NCBI GenBank assembly: GCA_965645245.1
Contig: OZ287068.1
Coordinates: 1,922,001-1,986,000, forward strand
DNA length: 64,000 bases
Source of the DNA: Massalongia carnosa
Taxonomy: Eukaryota
Reading direction: 5' to 3'
In this document: positions 61,781 through 64,000 of the stretch, in pieces
Layout: each line of letters starts with the position of its first letter
Position numbering within the stretch: position 1 is the first letter of the stretch
Program-made: the position numbers and the translations under genes
The notes under the pieces: model-generated
What the model was told of the DNA's origin: nothing
What the model saw: only the letters and a program-made list of their open reading frames with translations
The model's database searches: none

Positions 61781-63961
61781 TTACGGAATATGCGGAGTCC
61801 CATAATGGATGCGATCGGGCATGAATGCCGGTTTCCCGTGCGGCCCATTGTCCATTTGATACCTCACCTTGGCCCACTCATTCTCGCCTTTCAACCCGTG
61901 GAATTCATACTGGTGCTGATGCTCGAGCGCGGCCACGAACAGCTCCACGGGCGAATGCTCGTGCCCGCGGATCCAAAAGCCCAGCGCTAGCCGAACGAGG
62001 ACGCACGCGGAGCCAGCCAGCACGACGGCGATGCCCAGCTTGGAGGTGCGGCTGCTGAAGCCAAAGGCCCAGACGCGCAAAGTGGCGTAGTGATTGAGGA
62101 AGGGATGCCTGTCATCTTGGCTCGTGGAGGCGGTGACGTTGTCGGCCCAGTAGTGAACCATGGATAGGGATTGGCTCATGGTGTAAATGTGTAGGAATAC
62201 GAACTCCATCTGGTTGGCAGTCAAGTTGTTGTAGTCCCATGGGGTGGTGTAGAGGGTGGGGACGATCCGGGAGAGTTCGCGAGCCATGGGCCGTTGGGCG
62301 GAGACCGTGCCGTTGCTTTCGACGGACCAAGCGGCCAGAAGCCAGTAGGGGTTTACGACCAGGGGTGCCACGTTGGCTTCGGGATCGGTGAGGTTGTTGA
62401 GTTGCACAAGGCGGATTAAATTGGCGGCCGAAGAGGACGAGGTGTCGAACTGATAGGTGGGGAAACCAAGGTAGGATACTTGGTCGCACCAGACGCTCGC
62501 GCTGGCGTGTAATGCAGCTGCCGTTTGATAGGCAGTTATGCCTATGTTGATGGACGAGTTTCTTAGAGCGGAAGGGAGCGTGGTGTCGAAGATCCGATCC
62601 CAATCGCAGGCAGCCGTCGAAGTCTTGCCTATGCATTTCGCTATCCCCGAACCAAAGTCTTCCGTGTCGTTGAAAAACGTAGCCTTCTCCGAAAACAAAG
62701 TGTACACGGAAACGTCGTTTTTCTTCGAGGTGGAACTCTGCAGAGTGAATGTGCCCATAAGGTTTGCGTCGGTCCATCCCACCGGTACGCATTTGGTATA
62801 GTAGCTGATCGCATCGTTCGTCCATCCGGAAAAGCAAAGGACGTATCGATCGTTCGCGAGCTCTGTAAAGGTTATATTGCCGTTGTAGCAGTTGGTTTGC
62901 AAACCAATGCTAGGTCCTTTCCGTTGCAGGATCGTTGTCAGCGAATTGTTGTATATCGCGGTTGTGTGGGTCGAACCATCCGGCGAACCATATACGTCCC
63001 TTGAAAGGCCCTGTAGATCGTAGGATAACAGACGCAAGACCTGTCGATTGGGCACCCATGCCACCTCGAATCCCGTGGTGAAGTTCAGGGTAAAATCGAA
63101 ATCCCCTTCCTGTGAGACACCAAAATTCCAGCGACCATAATCTTGGCTGCTTTGCATTCTGGACGAGAGGGTCCCATCGGCCCATGTATCCAGGCTCGAT
63201 CCATACAGGCCGTAAGTGCAGGAGTAGTTAAGGTGCCCCAACTGATCGACGGTACAATCGGGAAACGTGTACTTGTTGGCGCCGGGAAAATCCGCCGCGC
63301 CGGTTCGGTTAAAAATCTGTGTAATATTAGGAGCTGTATCGATCCACTGCAGCGTCGGTAGAACCAGCACGGCGGTAGCAGGACCCATTAGGTTGGTCAG
63401 AATGGTCAAAAACGCTGCGAGAAGGGCAAAAAGGTACAGCTTGACGAAACCCGCCGGCCGCTTTGCCGCCGTGCTGGTTTTGTGCGGGATAGCCGATGTC
63501 CACAGCAACGGATTGAAAAGATTTCGAACGTCGGAAAATTCCAGATGGGTGAGCAGGTACCCCACCGGAAGCCCGCCACCCTTCTTGGCAAATATCATTG
63601 CCACGTCGTACACAAAGGCCGTTGCAATGATCATGAACCATATCTCCAACGCTTTGGCGACGAACTGGAGCGCGCCGAGCGCGTTGTGGTCGTCTCGGTC
63701 CAGCTTGCTTTTCCTTGCAATGGAGTCGGTAGCGAATGCATCAGACGAGCATTTCCCCATGGGACACCACACACTAGCACCGATCACGTGTCCTTTGTAA
63801 TTCAACACCAACAGCGCGGCAATGGGTGCAAGCCAGAGGAAACCGATCAGATGGGAGAATATGTGCCATGTCAATCGCTTGCGCCGGCTTCTGGGGCGCG
63901 GGCCGTCCAGGTGAGTTTCAGTGACCCCAGGCTTCTCCTCGGATGAAGAGAGCGCCTGCAT
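61781..63961 (-). CDS. Hypothetical multi-pass membrane protein (726 aa) with a large Cys-containing, N-glycosylation-site-rich central domain
   Basis: Long single ORF with about three N-terminal hydrophobic helices, many NxS/T sites and a C-terminal TM (LGIAVVLAGSACVLVRLALGFWI). Confidence 0.8.
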   Translation of the reverse strand: MQALSSSEEKPGVTETHLDGPRPRSRRKRLTWHIFSHLIGFLWLAPIAALLVLNYKGHVIGASVWCPMGKCSSDAFATDSIARKSKLDRDDHNALGALQFVAKALEIWFMIIATAFVYDVAMIFAKKGGGLPVGYLLTHLEFSDVRNLFNPLLWTSAIPHKTSTAAKRPAGFVKLYLFALLAAFLTILTNLMGPATAVLVLPTLQWIDTAPNITQIFNRTGAADFPGANKYTFPDCTVDQLGHLNYSCTYGLYGSSLDTWADGTLSSRMQSSQDYGRWNFGVSQEGDFDFTLNFTTGFEVAWVPNRQVLRLLSYDLQGLSRDVYGSPDGSTHTTAIYNNSLTTILQRKGPSIGLQTNCYNGNITFTELANDRYVLCFSGWTNDAISYYTKCVPVGWTDANLMGTFTLQSSTSKKNDVSVYTLFSEKATFFNDTEDFGSGIAKCIGKTSTAACDWDRIFDTTLPSALRNSSINIGITAYQTAAALHASASVWCDQVSYLGFPTYQFDTSSSSAANLIRLVQLNNLTDPEANVAPLVVNPYWLLAAWSVESNGTVSAQRPMARELSRIVPTLYTTPWDYNNLTANQMEFVFLHIYTMSQSLSMVHYWADNVTASTSQDDRHPFLNHYATLRVWAFGFSSRTSKLGIAVVLAGSACVLVRLALGFWIRGHEHSPVELFVAALEHQHQYEFHGLKGENEWAKVRYQMDNGPHGKPAFMPDRIHYGTPHIP

Positions 63962-64000
63962 TACGTGGACGGACGGTCGTATATTCTCTTTCCTAGGATC

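Noticed and set aside
1..64000. tRNA, 5S rRNA, snRNA genes and TGA-CTA readthrough signals
   Set aside because: None recognised by eye, and the gene stops I checked lack the readthrough context. tRNAscan-SE and Rfam were not run.

Overview
This is a gene-dense window from a filamentous ascomycete (Pezizomycotina), inferred from short GT-AG introns with CTRAC/CTAAY branch points and from the protein families present. It is not prokaryotic, so the six-frame ORF track splits most genes. I rebuilt about 18 spliced genes by eye: KGD4/YMR31, a GFA-family protein, MRPL40, an Aim19-like protein, HLJ1 (DnaJ), UFD2, RHO1, a CRAL-TRIO/RhoGAP, a large hypothetical protein, MET6, a steroid 5-alpha-reductase-like protein, a SAK1/Ssp1-type CaMKK, PTC5, a Kelch membrane protein, CRZ1, RQC1/TCF25, an SH3-RasGEF and an unknown membrane protein. 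I recognised no tRNA, rRNA, CRISPR array or intact transposon. Main leads: (1) PTC5 carries both a mitochondrial presequence and a C-terminal SKL on a small last exon the ORF track misses. (2) The 7.5 kb gene-free stretch at 54.3-61.8 kb holds two telomere-template-like motifs, one directly beside a hairpin; this is a weak, unproven telomerase RNA candidate. (3) TACGGAGTA is strongly enriched upstream of RHO1, SAK1 and CRZ1. (4) CRZ1 is preceded by tiled uORFs. (5) UFD2 has a GC-AG intron. (6) The Kelch gene has a stop-interrupted in-frame leader. Family assignments rest on motif recognition only; no searches were run.
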